A stretch of DNA of 35,350 nt from contig NC_057720.1 of NCBI RefSeq assembly GCF_004010195.1, positions 20,946,679-20,982,028 on the forward strand, read 5' to 3'. The DNA is from Chiloscyllium plagiosum. Lineage: Eukaryota. The notes beneath the pieces were generated by a model. It saw nothing but the letters and a program-made list of their open reading frames with translations. It ran no database searches and was not told the DNA's origin. The translations under genes were made by a program, and so were the position numbers. This document shows, in pieces, positions 1-12,705 of the stretch (position 1 is the first letter of the stretch; each line of letters begins with the position of its first letter).

Positions 1-410
1 CCCTCCCCGGATAATCTTTCTCCTCTTGGGGCTGATCCTCTGTACAGTGTCCTCAATTTTACCCACAAACTCCTGCCATTTTTGTTCTACTGTCTTCCCC
101 GCTAGGCTCTTCTTCCAGTCTATTTTTGTCAGTTCCTCTCTCATGCCCTCATAATTACCTTTATTTGACTGTAACACCATTACATCCGATTTTGCCTTCT
201 CTCTTTCAAACCTGCAGACTGACTCTACCATATTATGATCGCTGCTTCCTAAGTGTTCCCTTACTTTAAGATTTTTTATAAAGTCTGGTTCATTACATAG
301 CCCTAGGTCCAGAATAGCCTGCTCCCTTGTGGGCTCCATGACAAGCTGTTCCAAAAAGCCATCCTGTAAGCATTCCATGAATTCCCTTTCTTTGGATCCA
401 CTGGCAACAT
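1..410 (-). mobile_element. CR1-type LINE ORF2 fragment (APE endonuclease C-terminal region); runs off the window edge
   Basis: Minus strand translates to EREFMECLQDGFLEQLVMEPTREQAILDL...LGSSDHNMV, containing the endonuclease LDL and SDH motifs. Confidence 0.88.
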
Positions 411-1192
411 TATAAATAAGTTCAAATTAGCATTTTCATATGATATCCTCAACACAGTGTGTATTCTAAATAATAATAAATTTAAAAAAATATCAATCAG
501 TTTACTGACTTCTAACCTGTCCTATTTGCATAATCAGCTTCAGGGAGTTAAGGCTTAGTCTGCAGATGATCACCAAAGCTGTTTAACTTCAATAACAAAA
601 TGCACTAGCCTGGATTTTTTTTAAAGTATCATGGTGAGGCTAACAATGCTCTGCTGTTACTAGTAAATGAACTGACAGCTGCTTCCAGGGTACATGTAGA
701 CACAATTTACATACGGAAGTTGAGGTTAAAGTACCCCACTCCTCTGAAGCTACATGATGGCTACCTCAGTAATAGACTTTTTGCCTTGAACCAAAGATGT
801 GAAGTTGCAGTATATCCCCATGAAACACATAAGGAAAAATTAGAGCTGGTGTATTCAAGTATTGGTAAATTTATTGTAGTATTAATGTCATAATTAATGC
901 CATGTAATTTCTAGCCCTTAAACTTTAATTTTGCAAATATAGAATCTTGTTTCTTCAGAATTAAGTTGTTAGAAATGGACAAAAAAAGTTTATTTCTGAC
1001 TCTTGCACCTGAATTCTACTTTCCTTTCCCTCCTTCACTCCACTTTCTGTGAATGATCTAAATCTAATTCATACTTCTTGGTTTATTGTTCCTGTTTTGG
1101 ACTCTATGTATCTTTGTGAGGATGCTTTAACCTGGTAGAAAGCTACATTGTTTCTTCTCCTGCTCATGCATGCCACGAATCTCTGACAGAGG

Positions 1193-1257
1193 ATGCCTTG
1201 CTGAATGACCATGTCTTGCTGAATGACCATGTCTTGCTGAATGACCATGTCTTGCTG
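1193..1257. repeat. 18-bp tandem repeat, about 3.6 copies (ATGTCTTGCTGAATGACC)
   Basis: Units start at 1193, 1211, 1229 and 1247 (partial); one substitution in the first unit. Confidence 0.95.
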
Positions 1258-1665
1258 CCTAAGCCTGTGAAAAATAAGCGGGAGTTAGTCAGTGTTGTGA
1301 ACAGCAACCATACTTTGGAGCTCAGATCCAGCAGTCTGCTATCATACAACAGACCAACATGAGCTGGCAGTCCTGCTCCCCACTCATGACTCACTAGAGA
1401 GCAGTTTACATTTAAAGGCCACATTGTTGACATTCTCTCTTCCTGCAATTCAAAACTTGATCTTGATCTTGAACCTCTCTGGGTTAGTTGACAAAATACA
1501 GTGTTACAATTTTCAGAATTGAAAGCTGGTAGTGTTTTGTCCCATTTATTTAGCCATGTCTTTCCTCATACATGAAAATCTAACACTACATTGGGAGGTT
1601 GTTTGGATATTTCTTTGGAATGGTAAAGGTGCCAATAGATGCAAGCTGGTAATTACATAGATATA

Positions 1666-1866
1666 GTGTGGTGCTGGAAAAACACAGCAGGCCAGGCAGC
1701 ATCCGAGGAGCAGGGGAATTGACGTTTCGGGCATAAGCTTCTGAAGAAGGGATTATGCCCGAAATGTCGATTCTCCTGCTCCACGGATGCTGCCTGGCCT
1801 GCTGTGTTTTTCCAGCATCACACTTCTCAACTCTGGTCTCCAGCATCTGCAATCCTCACTTTCTCC
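1666..1866. mobile_element. Fold-back Penelope-like terminal fragment with 16-bp TSD
   Basis: Inverted arms centred near 1740. TAATTACATAGATATA occurs at 1650-1665 and 1867-1882. Hammerhead-like core on + at 1741-1768. Confidence 0.8.
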
Positions 1867-2044
1867 TAATTACATAGATATATTAAATCAAGTGAAACTG
1901 TGGTTGGAACACAAGTTCTGTACCCCAATATTGAGACTCAAAGTAAACTGGAACTTTTGTGAATGACCGAGAGCTGAGTTAGGGAGATTGCCTCGTTTCA
2001 TTCACTAAAGCAAAACCATTAATACTGTTCAGAGAATCAGCAAC

Positions 2045-2343
2045 CTCCCTCCCCATCCCCCAACTCCCTTCCCAGCTTCTCCCCTCCTACCACTCCCTGC
2101 CACCAACCAGATTAATTTCTCCCATTGACCAACCAGGTCAAACCCCCTACCTGTCTTCACCTATCCCCACTTCACCACCCTGCCCCCACGTCCCTCTTTA
2201 TCTGCAGCTCCCCCACACCCACTCCCAGTCCTGAAGAAGGGTTACACCTGAAACATCAACTTCTTCACCTGCCTGGCTTGCTGTGTTCTTCCAGCCTCCT
2301 GTCCATCTACTTTGGATTCCATCATCTGCAGTTTTTTTGTCTC
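2045..2343 (+). mobile_element. Penelope-like element terminal (pseudo-LTR) fragment
   Basis: C-rich tract, then CTGAAGAAGGGTTACACCTGAAACATC (2231-2257) and the GCCTGGCTTGCTGTG..TCCAGC..CATCTGCAG tail shared with the other copies. Confidence 0.7.
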
Positions 2344-2473
2344 AAACCTTCATAGAGTCAGTGATAGTTAATGAGCAGAGTATCTGCCTTTCCACAAGTT
2401 ACTACTCCCTGAAGTTGGCAGAAATGCCGTAGAGGAAAATTTAATTTCTGGATGGGCTAGCAATCCTGGTTTA

Positions 2474-2513
2474 TGAATGTAAACTGGGTTTCTGAATGTA
2501 AACTGGGTTTCTG
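2474..2513. repeat. 19-bp tandem duplication (TGAATGTAAACTGGGTTTC x2)
   Basis: Identical units at 2474-2492 and 2493-2511. Confidence 0.9.
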
Positions 2514-2794
2514 CTGCACATTTGCTCAGGTTATGGTGGTACAGTGCTTGCAGATCTGAAGGCTTTTGTAGCGCTTGCTTCCACATGAATTTTTAGAAAA
2601 TCATGGATTTTCTTTGCTACCTGTCTATTGATTTCTAATCTTAAAGGGCGATCGGAGAGATTTGAGCTGCAACTTAGTTTTGAACTGTGAAAGAAAATTC
2701 TGTATCATTGGATTATTGAAATAAATTTTAAATTGTCCTAATTTTACTTAGAAAACTTTTTTTATTTTTATTTTCTTACAGAGTTCCATTCGTC

Positions 2795-2943
2795 ATGGCT
2801 TCGCTTGATTGGCTGATTGTCGCGGTAGCTAGTTTCACAATATTTCAAATTATGTTCCATTATTTAAGTGCAAGGATATCTATATTTTTCTGCAAGAGTT
2901 ACCAGACATTGACTGACATTCAGAAGACTGAATGGAACTCCAG
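2795..2943 (+). CDS. TLCD4: TLCD4/TMEM56 coding exon 1 (exon begins at 2782 after an acceptor; ATG at 2795)
   Basis: Polypyrimidine tract plus CAG ending 2781. Encodes MASLDWLIVAVASFTIFQIMFHYLS...KTEWNSR, resembling the TMEM56 N-terminus (…KIEWNSR). Donor AG|GTATTC at 2943/2944, phase 2. Confidence 0.93.
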
Positions 2944-3649
2944 GTATTCACTTTATAGGTTATTTGCAGGAAATATACAGCATATGAATAGATAAGTTCA
3001 ACCTAAGGCACATTTGCAAACTTAGTGAAGTGTGTTGTTCCCTAATTATAGCCTCAACATTATGTTTTCTTTTATTAAACATCAACCAATGTCTTATTTA
3101 AATTTTTTTGCCTTTTTTGAGAGTCTCCCATGGCACATCGTTTCCAGGTAAATGATCCAGTGACATGCTCACTAACTGTGCTAGTTCTTCTATGCTTCTG
3201 ACCAGTTGTCGATCCCTGAATATGGCATTGGTGGGTGACTGGTTTCTTTGAGTTGCTTCCTTGCTCATGACCCAATGATTAGTATCAGAACTCTTTGATC
3301 ATAACTTTATTTTCTGTCACTCATTAATATTGTTTAATCTTTTAAAAGTGGAAAACTATTGGGATGGGACAGAATTTTCTGATGAATGATGTCTCTTTCA
3401 AAACTTTATTTAGTACATTACTTTAAAGATATAATAAAGAATGTCTAATAAACTGCAATCATAGAGGTGGAGTTGCATAATGGTAAAATCAGGCATACTC
3501 TTAAAAACAGGCTTAGATCACTTAATATATATTAATAGATACTGTTTCATTAAACCTTTTTTGTGCTTTAAAATGAGCACAATGAGTAAAGAATAAAAAT
3601 CAAGCAAGTTTATTTTTCTTTGAACATTTTGAATTTTGCCATGAAGTCT

Positions 3650-3900
3650 ATTCTGACAAGGCTGTGTTTAGCATACCAATCCTGGCTTGATTCCATCCAA
3701 GTGTCTTCCCTGTCTGTTTCAAAGGGCGCCTAGAGTTAACCATATACTGTGGAGTGGAATCACATGTAGGTTAGATTGTGTCAGATTGGTAGACTCCTAT
3801 CCCTGAAGGAGACAGAAAGCTTCCTACCTTCTACAAAAGAGTTTGACCGTCATCATTTTTTCTTTTTAATGGTGCTAACACACCAGTGATCATATTCAAT
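3650..3900 (-). mobile_element. Decayed fragment of the SINE family seen at 10925-11480
   Basis: AGAGTTAACCATATACTGTGG..GAATCACATGTAGGTTAGA resembles AAGAGTGATTCATATTGCTGT..GAAGTCACCTGTAAGCTAGA near 11000-11050. Confidence 0.5.
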
Positions 3901-3956
3901 AAATTTGGTCTTACTTGCTATGCTGCGGTTTCATAGAAGAAAACAAATCCCGACAG

Positions 3957-4284
3957 TACAGAAGGAGGCCACTTGGCCCATCATGTCAGCACTGACGTCT
4001 GAAGAGCATCCCACCCAAACCCAGCCCCTCATCGTGTCCTGTAACCCCACCTCTGTCCTGGTTAATTCACCTAGCCTGCACATGTCTGGCCACTATGGGG
4101 TAATTTAGCATAGTCAATCACCTAACCCTGTGCATCTTTGGACTGTAGGAAGAAACCAGAGCTCATGGAGAAACCCATGTAGACACAGGGAGAACATACA
4201 AATCCCACATGGACAGTATACCAAGGGTGGAATTGAACAGGGGTCCCTGGCACTGTGAATTAGCAGTGCTAACCACTGTGCTGC
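3957..4284 (-). mobile_element. HE1-type (V-SINE) tRNA-derived SINE, diverged
   Basis: Reverse complement of the 13127 copy: GCAGTGCTAACCACTGTG, TTTGGACTGTAGGAAGAAACC, AATTTAGCAT. Confidence 0.85.
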
Positions 4285-4932
4285 TTTACCCTCCTCCCAC
4301 CCATTTCAGTTCATGACCTTTCAGTTGTCTATTTGAGAACATAAATACTGCAGTACTGCACCATTTTTAATTACTGACTGATTACATTTCTAAACAGAAT
4401 GAGATTAACTGAATAATCTGGAGTGGGACAGTGCAAGGAACTCCAGTTTATTTGGCAGAGACACGCATCATAAACAAAAGAAAAAAGAATTCTTTAACAG
4501 AACTGGTTTTCTTACTGGATGCTCATTGTTTTAAAAATGGGGGTAGATCTTATGAAATGGTGTTCATCTCAAATCATGTCTGTGATTATGTTCTGAAGTT
4601 CATGTGCAGATAGTAGATTGAAGAATGCACTGGATTGTGCTGTGGAATGTGTTCTGTTTAATGTTCAGAGTTAGAAATTTAATGATGTTTATTTCACAGA
4701 TTGTCATAGAAGTCGATTAAGGAGTTTTTAGATTTTCTAACCTTTGATTGGAAAAGTAGGCTTCTATTCTCTGAATTGTTGAGTTTCTCACCAGTAGGTG
4801 ATTGTATCTTCATGGTACAATGTCAGGGATTGCTCATGTTCTGCTTTTGCCAATATTGCTTTTTTTTTGTCTATGCAAGGGATCAAGTACCAATGGATTT
4901 GGTTGGGCTTAGTAAATAGTACTATTCAATTA

Positions 4933-5136
4933 GGAGAAAGTGAGGACTGCAGATGCTGGAGGTCAGAGTTGAGAGTGTAGTGCTGGAAAAACACAGCAGG
5001 TCAGGCAGCATCTGAGGAGCTGAAGAATTGACGTTTTGGGCATAAGCCCTTCATCGGGCTAATGGCCAAAACGTAGATTCTCCTGCTTCTCGAATGCTGC
5101 CTGACCTGCTGTGCTTTCTCAGCACGACACTCTCGA
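4933..5136. mobile_element. Fold-back Penelope-like terminal fragment
   Basis: Starts GGAGAAAGTGAGGACTGCAGATGCTGG and has inverted arms. Flanks TAGTACTATTCAAT (4917-4930) and TAGTACAAATCAAT (5138-5151) form an imperfect 14-bp TSD. Decayed hammerhead core on - at 5030-5057. Confidence 0.8.
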
Positions 5137-5608
5137 TTAGTACAAATCAATGACTTGTAAATTAAATTTTTGTTTGGGTGTTTGTGTAAAGCTTATAGAA
5201 TTAAAGTATTTCCAAGATGGTGTACATGTAATAGGTTTTGAGTTAAATTTTGTATGTCACTGGAATTGAGGGAAAAGATTGAGTAGGTTCTTTTTCATTG
5301 GTATATAATTGAGGTAAGAGTCGCCTTAATGGGGATATTTCTAATTGCAGACATGGGGATGCTGCCTGTTCTTGGTGAGTCCAGAACAAGGAGACAAAAA
5401 TACTAAATCACAATTAATACATCAAATAAATAATTTAACAGGAATATCTTTGTGTAGAGCATGGTGTCAGGTGCTAAATTCTGGCTGAAATAGATACTAT
5501 TCATACAATAAGGAGGAGGCTTAATAAATGAAGGAGAAGGGAGTAAAGGGCTAAAAGGGAGCACTCACAAAAGTGGTTTGTCGAGGAGAAAGATAGGTGG
5601 GCAGCATG

Positions 5609-5910
5609 GACAGCACAGTGCCTCAGTGGTTAGCTCATAGTGCCAAGGACTCAGGTTCGATTCCATCCTTGGGTGACCGTCTGTGTGGAGTTTGCATATT
5701 CTCCCTGTGTCTCTTTGGATTTCCACTGGGTTCCAATTTCCTCCTTCAGGTTACGTGGATTGGCCATGCTAAATAGTCCATTGTGTACACAGGTGAATTA
5801 GCCATGGGAAATGGGGGGTTACGGGGATAAGGTAGAGGGCTGGGTTTGGGTGGGAAGCTCTTTGCACTTAATGGGCTAAATGGCATCTTTCTGCACTGTA
5901 GGGATTCTAT
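5609..5910 (+). mobile_element. HE1-type SINE, diverged
   Basis: CAGTGGTTAGC, B-box GGTTCGATTCC, CTGTGTGGAGTTTGCATATTCTCCC, TTGGCCATGCTAAAT, tail CACTGTAGGGATTCTAT. Confidence 0.85.
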
Positions 5911-6250
5911 TATTATATTATTTTACACAAACATAAATATAGGCATGAGCTCAACATCCTGTTTCCCATGATATGCACTGATTATCAAGCTCAGCGAGCT
6001 AACTTACATACTTATGCACTGATTATGTTTAACTTCATTGTAAAGAATGCTGCTGTGACCAAAAATGTCTTAACTACGGAATGAAATGGAACGATTCCTC
6101 CCTGGCCTACTTTTACTGAAATTACGAATGAATTTATGGTAAAGGTACATGTGATTTTGTTGTAAATGATAGATAAAATGCTCCCTGTTAAGCTGACAGG
6201 CTATAGAGAATGCATTGATCATGCCCAATCTATGTTTTTCCATTTTTTAG

Positions 6251-6340
6251 GGTGGTGTCAACATTTCATGCACTGGTGGTTGGGCTGTTGAGTCTATATT
6301 TGCTGTGGTTTGATGATGCAGTTAATGCCAATCCTATCTG
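6251..6340 (+). CDS. TLCD4: TLCD4/TMEM56 coding exon 2
   Basis: ttttttag|G acceptor and TG|GTAAGA donor; 90 nt, in frame: (R)VVSTFHALVVGLLSLYLLWFDDAVNANPI(W). Matches the TLC-domain VSTxH motif. Confidence 0.95.
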
Positions 6341-8392
6341 GTAAGATACCTACTTAAGCTAGGCTTGGTTCCTGAATTTCTGTGGCTGGAAGTGTGTTGC
6401 AAAGTGAGGCATCTTTAAAAGAAACACTGAGAAATTGTTGCATTTTTCTTCGTCCCTAAATTTACCAGCGTCATGCCTTCTGTTACAACGATGGTGCTGG
6501 TACAATCCCCCTGTAAAAGTGATGAATCTCCTAGTGAGCAAAAAGGAAGATTTCAAGTTCTGGTATCTCTCCTATAATGAACAAATTTAAAACTAATGTG
6601 GTCAGACATTTCTTAACAGGTACATACACAAAACTTTAAAAAAAAGAGTACTTTCATATTAATGACTAATTATTTGTTTCTTTAATTATTTCTCCTGGCC
6701 ACGTCAGGTCAAAACATCCAAGCCCTTTGAAATTAGTTTCACTCAGCCTGAGACTACCAGATCTGACTTGGATCTGCAAGGCCCACCTCAGCAACTCCTT
6801 GTTCCTTCAATCTCAAAGTCCTGTTTTTCTGTTGTCTTTATTTGAACAAACCATGAAACCATATCAGCACCCTGCTTGGCTGCAAACATGGAAACAGTCT
6901 TTCTCTGCTGTTCATAGCAGTTGATTTGCTTCTCCACACAGCATTTATCAGTTTTGTCTGTTTCTCTTTTTTTTTTGTTAAAAATAAAAACTGCCACAGG
7001 ATTGATTCGTGTCACTTGGTATTTCAATAGATTCCAGATCAGATATTAAAGGATACATTTTACAGCATAACCACATTGTCTAGTCCAGCATTCATAACAC
7101 CATAGTGCTAATTTAACCTAAACTAGTATCTAAAATGTAGTACTAAAATATACGTAAAATATATGTGAAATCAAAAAGGCAAATGGAGCAGTGGCATTTA
7201 CAATTATAATATAATTATAAAGGGGAGAAAGCTTTGCCAAGAACTAATAATAGAGTATAGCTGAAGTACTGAGAGTTCTGGTTGCTGTTGCTTAGGACAT
7301 ATTACCATTGGAAGGAGGAGAATAAAGATTGTATCAGGAGTCCAGGATGTTACCATGCCTCTAATAGTTGGTTTCTAAACACACATCACACAGATCCGGT
7401 TGGTGTTTCCTGAATTATGCAAGTTTAGTTTGCTTTTGGGTGGGAAGTGAAGGTTTGAGATTTTGAAAAGAACTAATGGGATAGATGAAGAGAGATGTTT
7501 TCTGCTGGTCTGGATCAAGGGGACATGACAAAATCATTCACATTATTTCAGAGCAATATTATGGATCCCTTTAATGAGCAAAGACAGTAACATGATGAAT
7601 TGTAACTTATCAGTAGATTTTTAGCCAAAGCCGTTCAGAAATATGAAGCCAAAATTGAGTTAAAGTCAAGATTCAGTCATGGTTTTGTTGAATTGAGGAT
7701 TTGAGTAGTCCACCTATTATATCGAATAAATAATGAATAATGTAACTTAAGTTCCCAGTATTCTTCAGGTTGATGTATATGCTTTTATTTAAAATGTCAA
7801 TACTTGACAAAGTCAAAAACTAACTGGAAGATATCAATACTCAGCAATGAGGCCAACTTGGCAAATAAGTATGAGGAAGGAGAGCTAATTTTCAGTTTAA
7901 AAAGACATTGATGTTTTAGTTTACTCTGGTGTTTTCCTTTAAGGATAGAACTTGATCTAAACTTGCTAGGGATCCAAACACAAAACAACCACAAATCATT
8001 TAAGTAGTTCCTACTTCATGCTAGTTTAGCTGACAAAAAAGATTTCAATATAAAATATTAACAATTTTTTTCCTTCTGAATTTTGAGCATTAATGACAAA
8101 TGTCAATTTTTTTTTAAAGAAGATACATTTAATTTGACTACACAAAATGTTGAATGATCACAAAATTATTGCCAAGTCTCAATTCAAATATCAAATAATT
8201 AGTTTGGAGATTAAAATGCTGAGGTGAAAACTGTGAACAAAAAACTTTCATTTATGTTTGCCAATTGACCCAAATGCACATATGCCCTTTCAGCAAGGAA
8301 CTAATGCAGTGTAAAGATTCCATGCAGAGAGTACCATTACTAAACAGTTTATTTTTTGTAAAATATAACCTTCAGCTTCTTGTTACTTGCAG

Positions 8393-8451
8393 GGGTGACC
8401 CTACACTGGTTAAATTAAATGTTGGTCTAACTACAGGCTACCTCATTTCAG
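8393..8451 (+). CDS. TLCD4: TLCD4/TMEM56 coding exon 3
   Basis: ttgcag|G acceptor and G|GTGAGT donor; 59 nt: (W)GDPTLVKLNVGLTTGYLIS(D), containing the conserved GYLISD. Confidence 0.95.
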
Positions 8452-8607
8452 GTGAGTACTTTTCATCTGAAGGATTTTCTTTTGCAAATGCTTTTCATAA
8501 CCAGAATATTTGTAATTGCTTAGACTTACAGAAACATCTGAATTTGGTTAGGAGCTAAGACATCAAGGGGCCCTAATTCACAATGAGGTCAGATTTAGAT
8601 GGTATTA

Positions 8608-8959
8608 CAGTAGCGCTTTGACATACGAATGACCCCGTTCACAAACTAATCGGTTTACGAACAGAATTGTATGTAAAAGTTTGCTTCAACGTACGTACGA
8701 AATTCAAGGTACGAACGCAAAAAGCCCGTGTGCGACCACGTGGTTTCGTTGTTTTACTTTGCTACGCGCTTGTTGAACGCAAAAGCTCTCAGGCTCCACG
8801 TGATCTCATTCAGTTAGTCTTTGGCGCGTGCGCTGTGAACAGCCGTCCAAGCATTCTTACACTATCCGAACAATGGGAAAAATTGATTCAGTTCGCGAAC
8901 ATTTCGGTTTGCGAATCGGGTCCCGGAACGGATTAAGTTTGTAAGTCGAGGCGCTACTG
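8608..8959. mobile_element. Non-autonomous pogo/Tigger-type (Tc1/mariner superfamily) MITE, 352 bp
   Basis: TA duplication at 8606-8607 and 8960-8961. TIRs CAGTAGCGCTTTGACATACGAA and (reverse complement) CAGTAGCGCCTCGACTTACAAA match at 18/22. Confidence 0.88.
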
Positions 8960-9309
8960 TATTTGTGTAATGGAAATTTCTGATTTGGTTCTCTTTCTCT
9001 CCTTGAAAAATCCCACTGAAAATACAAGGCTTGTTGTAAAGAACATGTAGTGTTGCTGATGCTGGATTAAGATTTCAGTCATAAAAATGCAAAATGCTTC
9101 ATGAGCATTTGTAAAAATGTGATTTCTATTTGGGCAAATGACTGACATTTTAGGCTGGTTGAAAGATATATAACCCAATTGTCCAAACTGTCTGTCTTTG
9201 GTTGTCTGTGTATTTTCAAATTGGTAGGCTGTGATGAGGGGAATGTTGTAAGGACCTATGCCTGGTCCTGGAAAAGACAAGAAGTAATACATCTATATAT
9301 GCTGATTGT

Positions 9310-10350
9310 ACAAAACTAGGTAAGATAAGCTGGGTGGAGGAGATACAGACTGCAAAGAGACATGTACAAGTTAAATTACTGGTTAATAAGGTGGTGGATG
9401 GAATATAATGCATGTGGTGTGAAGTTATTCACTTCAGTTGTCAGAACAGAAACTAGAATTTTTAAAAAAGCTGTAAAACTTGTAAATGTTGGTGTTCATG
9501 GGGACTCAGGTGTGTGTGTATACAAGGAACACACAGCAAGCAATTGTGAAGGCAAATGACATTGGCCTCTTTTTATTCTAAGAAAGTTGGTGCATTGAGT
9601 AAAGAAGTCTCACTGCAACATTGCAAGTCATTCATGAGGCTTCATTTATCTTTTGTAGTTTTAGACTCCATATTTAGGAAATATTGAGATCAGTAATTAA
9701 GAAAGAGCTAGATAAATGTTCAGATTTAAAAGGCACCAAGAGATAGGGATAAAAGAGAGGAATATCGTGTTGAGATAGGGGATTAGCCACGATCCTGGTG
9801 AATCATGGAGTGGTCTTGAAGGGCCAAATGCCCCCTCCTCCTACAATCTGCTTTTCCATGAGATTGGAGGCAGTATTGGTGGGGTTCACTGAATTGGTTC
9901 TTGGTCGGAAGGGGAGTTCTCCTGTGATGAGAAGCTGTGTAACACTTTGAAGAATGAGAGCTGACCTCCTTGGAACATACAAGATTCTCAAGGGGCTTGA
10001 GAGATTGCTTCTGTTGGTGGGGAAATCTAAAATGGACGCAGCCTTGGGATAAGCAGATAATCATTTTGGACTGAAATGCAAAGAAATCTCTTGGCTGAAA
10101 TGGTTGTAAATCTTTGAAATTATCTACCAGGCAGTTGTGGATGTTCTGTCATGAACATACAAGACTGGGATTGAAGAACTTTGGTCTCTCAGGAAGTCGA
10201 AGCATATGAGGAGCAGTGGTGGGGATGGGAAATGGCTAGAAGAGAGCAAGGGGTGGGGAGGAAGTAAAGTTGAAGCCCAAGATGAATAATGGTCATTTTC
10301 AATGGGGGAGTAGGTTTGAGGGACTGCAGGCTCTCCTCCTATTTCTTGTG
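9310..10350 (+). mobile_element. Old, fragmented CR1-type LINE RT/3' remnants
   Basis: GGTGGATGGAATATAATG..TGTGAAGTTATTCACTT resembles the 13600 copy (KWQMEYN..KCEVMHF). AACATACAAGATTCTCAAGGGGCTTGA is typical of the CR1 ORF2 end. Boundaries approximate. Confidence 0.6.
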
Positions 10351-10486
10351 TAGTTGTTCTTGTATATTTCCAACATTTGCTGTTCTAGTTTTATGGCTAC
10401 TAAAACTACCACTCTTCAAAAAATCCTTTCAACTTCTGTAAACTAAGGTTTACTTTTAACAGACCTGAAATGTTTCTTGATTAATG

Positions 10487-10801
10487 TAGATTAGATTCCC
10501 TACAGTGTATAAACAGGCCCTTCGGCCCAACAAGTCCACACCGACCCTCTGAAGAGTAACCCACCCAGACCCATTCCCTATATTTATGCCAGACTAATGC
10601 ACCTAACTATGGGCAATTTAGCATGGCCAGTTCACCTGACCTGCCCATCTTTGGACTGTGAGAGGAAACCGGAGCACCCGGAGGAAACCCATGCAGACAC
10701 TGGATGAACGTGCAAACTCCACACAGACAGTCGCCCAAGGCAGGAACTGAACCCGGGTCCTGGCATTGTGAGGCAGCAGTGTGAACCACTGAACCACAGT
10801 G
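10487..10801 (-). mobile_element. HE1-type SINE
   Basis: Close reverse complement of 13127-13422, including the tail TAGATTAGATT..ACAGTG..AAACAGGCCC. Confidence 0.92.
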
Positions 10802-11180
10802 ATATTTTAATAAAAGCTATAGTCTTTTTTTTCCCCCAGTTAAATCTTTTTGTAAGGATGCAATTTCGTCCATTTTTAAGAGTTCTGTTTTAGAAAAATG
10901 GCTTTTTCACCTTTATCTTTCATGGCATGTGGGTGTTGCTGGCACATTTGTTGCCCAAACCCAACTACCCTTTAGTAGCTTGCTTAATCATTGGACAATT
11001 AAGAGTGATTCATATTGCTGTCGGTCTGAAGTCACCTGTAAGCTAGACCAGGTAAGGACAGATGAATTCTCTCCTGAAAGGACATTTGTGAACCAGATAA
11101 TCCGTGGTGGTTGTTCTGATTGTTACCACTGCGATTACCATTATTTGATATTCCAGATTTATTGACCAAATCTTAAATTC

Positions 11181-11373
11181 GAGGAGAAAGTGAAGACTGC
11201 AGATGCTGGAGATCAGAGTTGAAAATGTGTTGCTGGAAAAGCGCAGCAGGTCAGGCAGCATCCAAGTAGCAGGAGAATCGACGTTTCGGGCATGAGGCCT
11301 TCTTCAGGAAACAAGAAAGGGTGCCAAGCAGACTAAGATAAAAGATGCTGCCTGACCTGCTGCGCTTTTCCAG
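11181..11373. mobile_element. Fold-back Penelope-like terminal fragment with 14-bp TSD, nested in a SINE
   Basis: CAAATCTTAAATTC is identical at 11167-11180 and 11374-11387. Hammerhead core on - at 11280-11307. Confidence 0.85.
11280..11307 (-). ncRNA. Minimal type I hammerhead ribozyme-like core (PLE-associated)
   Basis: Minus strand CUGAAGA-A-GGCC-UCAU-GCCC-GAAA-C-GUC. All core nucleotides are present, with one mismatch in stem II. Confidence 0.62.
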
Positions 11374-12252
11374 CAAATCTTAAATTCCACTATCTACCTT
11401 CGTGGGATTTGAATCCATCTTCCCATAACACTAGCTTAGGCCTCTGGGTTACTAGTCTAGTGACATTACCACTATGCAACCTCCACATAATTTCTGTAAA
11501 TCAAAATTTGAATGCTGTAATTTTAGAATTGATTTACACTAAACCTTTTCTTATTGCCGCTGTGAAGGAGACACAGAAAAATTTCTTGGTATTTGTCTTC
11601 GCTAAAATGCCTGAATCAGAATAACTTGATACCATAATCTTTCTCCAGTTTTTCTTCTGTTCGAGGTCCTGTGAACATAGGCATTTTTGTTTGTATCTTT
11701 TAGGAATGTTTGAATGAAGGCAGGGTTAGTGAGGAAAGAGAAGAATGAAGCAATGCTAATTTTTTTAATGATCATTTTAGCTCCAAAAGGGTTTTGTGAA
11801 TGAAATGATTTGGTTAAGGAAATGTTATTGCAGTCCATGATGATTTAAATGTCGATGACTGACATACTGATGTAACACTGTTACATGTCTGTAACTAAAG
11901 CAATACTGCTTTCAATGTAAGGAATTTACTGCTTGCTGTCCATATAATTGCAAGTATTTATGTATATTTTACTGTTTGTTGCAATGTTGTGTCAAATATT
12001 GCTTGTTAATAGGTTGATAGAAGCTTGGCAGTTCAGGACAGTGAGCAGTTTTCATGCACACAAGCAAACAGCCAAAAAAACGAGTGATTTAACAAATCTA
12101 CCACCACATTAGTGTTGCTTGAAATCAATGGCAAATGAAACAACTTTTCAAAGCTGGTCCTATTTCAACTAGGACATTTTGTTCATATCCCATGTTGGGT
12201 TTCCAGCATTTGTAGTTTGCTCTTTTTATGTCGTTGTTGAAAAATGTGACTG

Positions 12253-12705
12253 TTTTGGAATACTGGGTTCAGTTCGCCCTGCTACAGGAAAGATGTTGTG
12301 AAACTTGATAGCGTTCAGAAAAGATTTACAAGAATGTTGTCAGGGTTGGAATATTGGAGCTATAGGGAGAGGCTGAATAGGCTGGGGCTGTTTTCCCTGG
12401 AGCGTCAGAGGCTGAGGGGTGAAGTTAAAGGTTTATAAAATCATGAGGGGCCCGGATAGGGTGAAGAGCCAAGAATAGGGGATTCCAAAACTAGAGGGCA
12501 TGGGTTTAAGATAAGAGGGGAAAGATTATAAAAGAGAGATGAGGGGCAACCTTTTCATGCAGAGGGTGGTGCGTGTACGCAATGAGCTGCCAGAAGAATC
12601 AATGGAGGCTGACACAATTGCAACATTTAACAGGAATCTGGATGGGTAAATAAATAGGAAAGGTTTGGGTCAAATGCTGGCAAAGTTGGACAGAAGGGTC
12701 TGTTT
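12253..12705 (+). mobile_element. HER1/CR1 LINE 3' fragment
   Basis: GTTCAGAAAAGATTTACAAGAATGTTG..GAGCTATAGGGAGAGGCTGAATAGG..; homologous to 17200-17832. Confidence 0.88.

Larger units (their letters stand above)
10925..11482 (-). mobile_element. Old tRNA-derived SINE whose 3' tail is shared with the LINE at 27845; interrupted by a PLE insert
   Basis: B-box-like GGATTCAAATCC on - near 11405-11416. Tail ATGTGGGTGTTGCTGGC..CATTTGTTGCCCA resembles 27846-27890 and 32712-32752. Confidence 0.65.

Noticed and set aside
1193..1257. Repeat array or repetitive peptide (SKTWSF x3) as a CRISPR or gene
   Set aside because: Head-to-tail 18-bp tandem duplication with no spacers in eukaryotic intron; the ORF has no supporting features.
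1666..1866. Pre-miRNA hairpins or TIR MITEs (also at 4933, 28267, 30654, 32208)
   Set aside because: The arms are asymmetric with variable junctions and long variable TSDs, which fits retroelement fold-back inserts. There is no evidence of miRNA processing.
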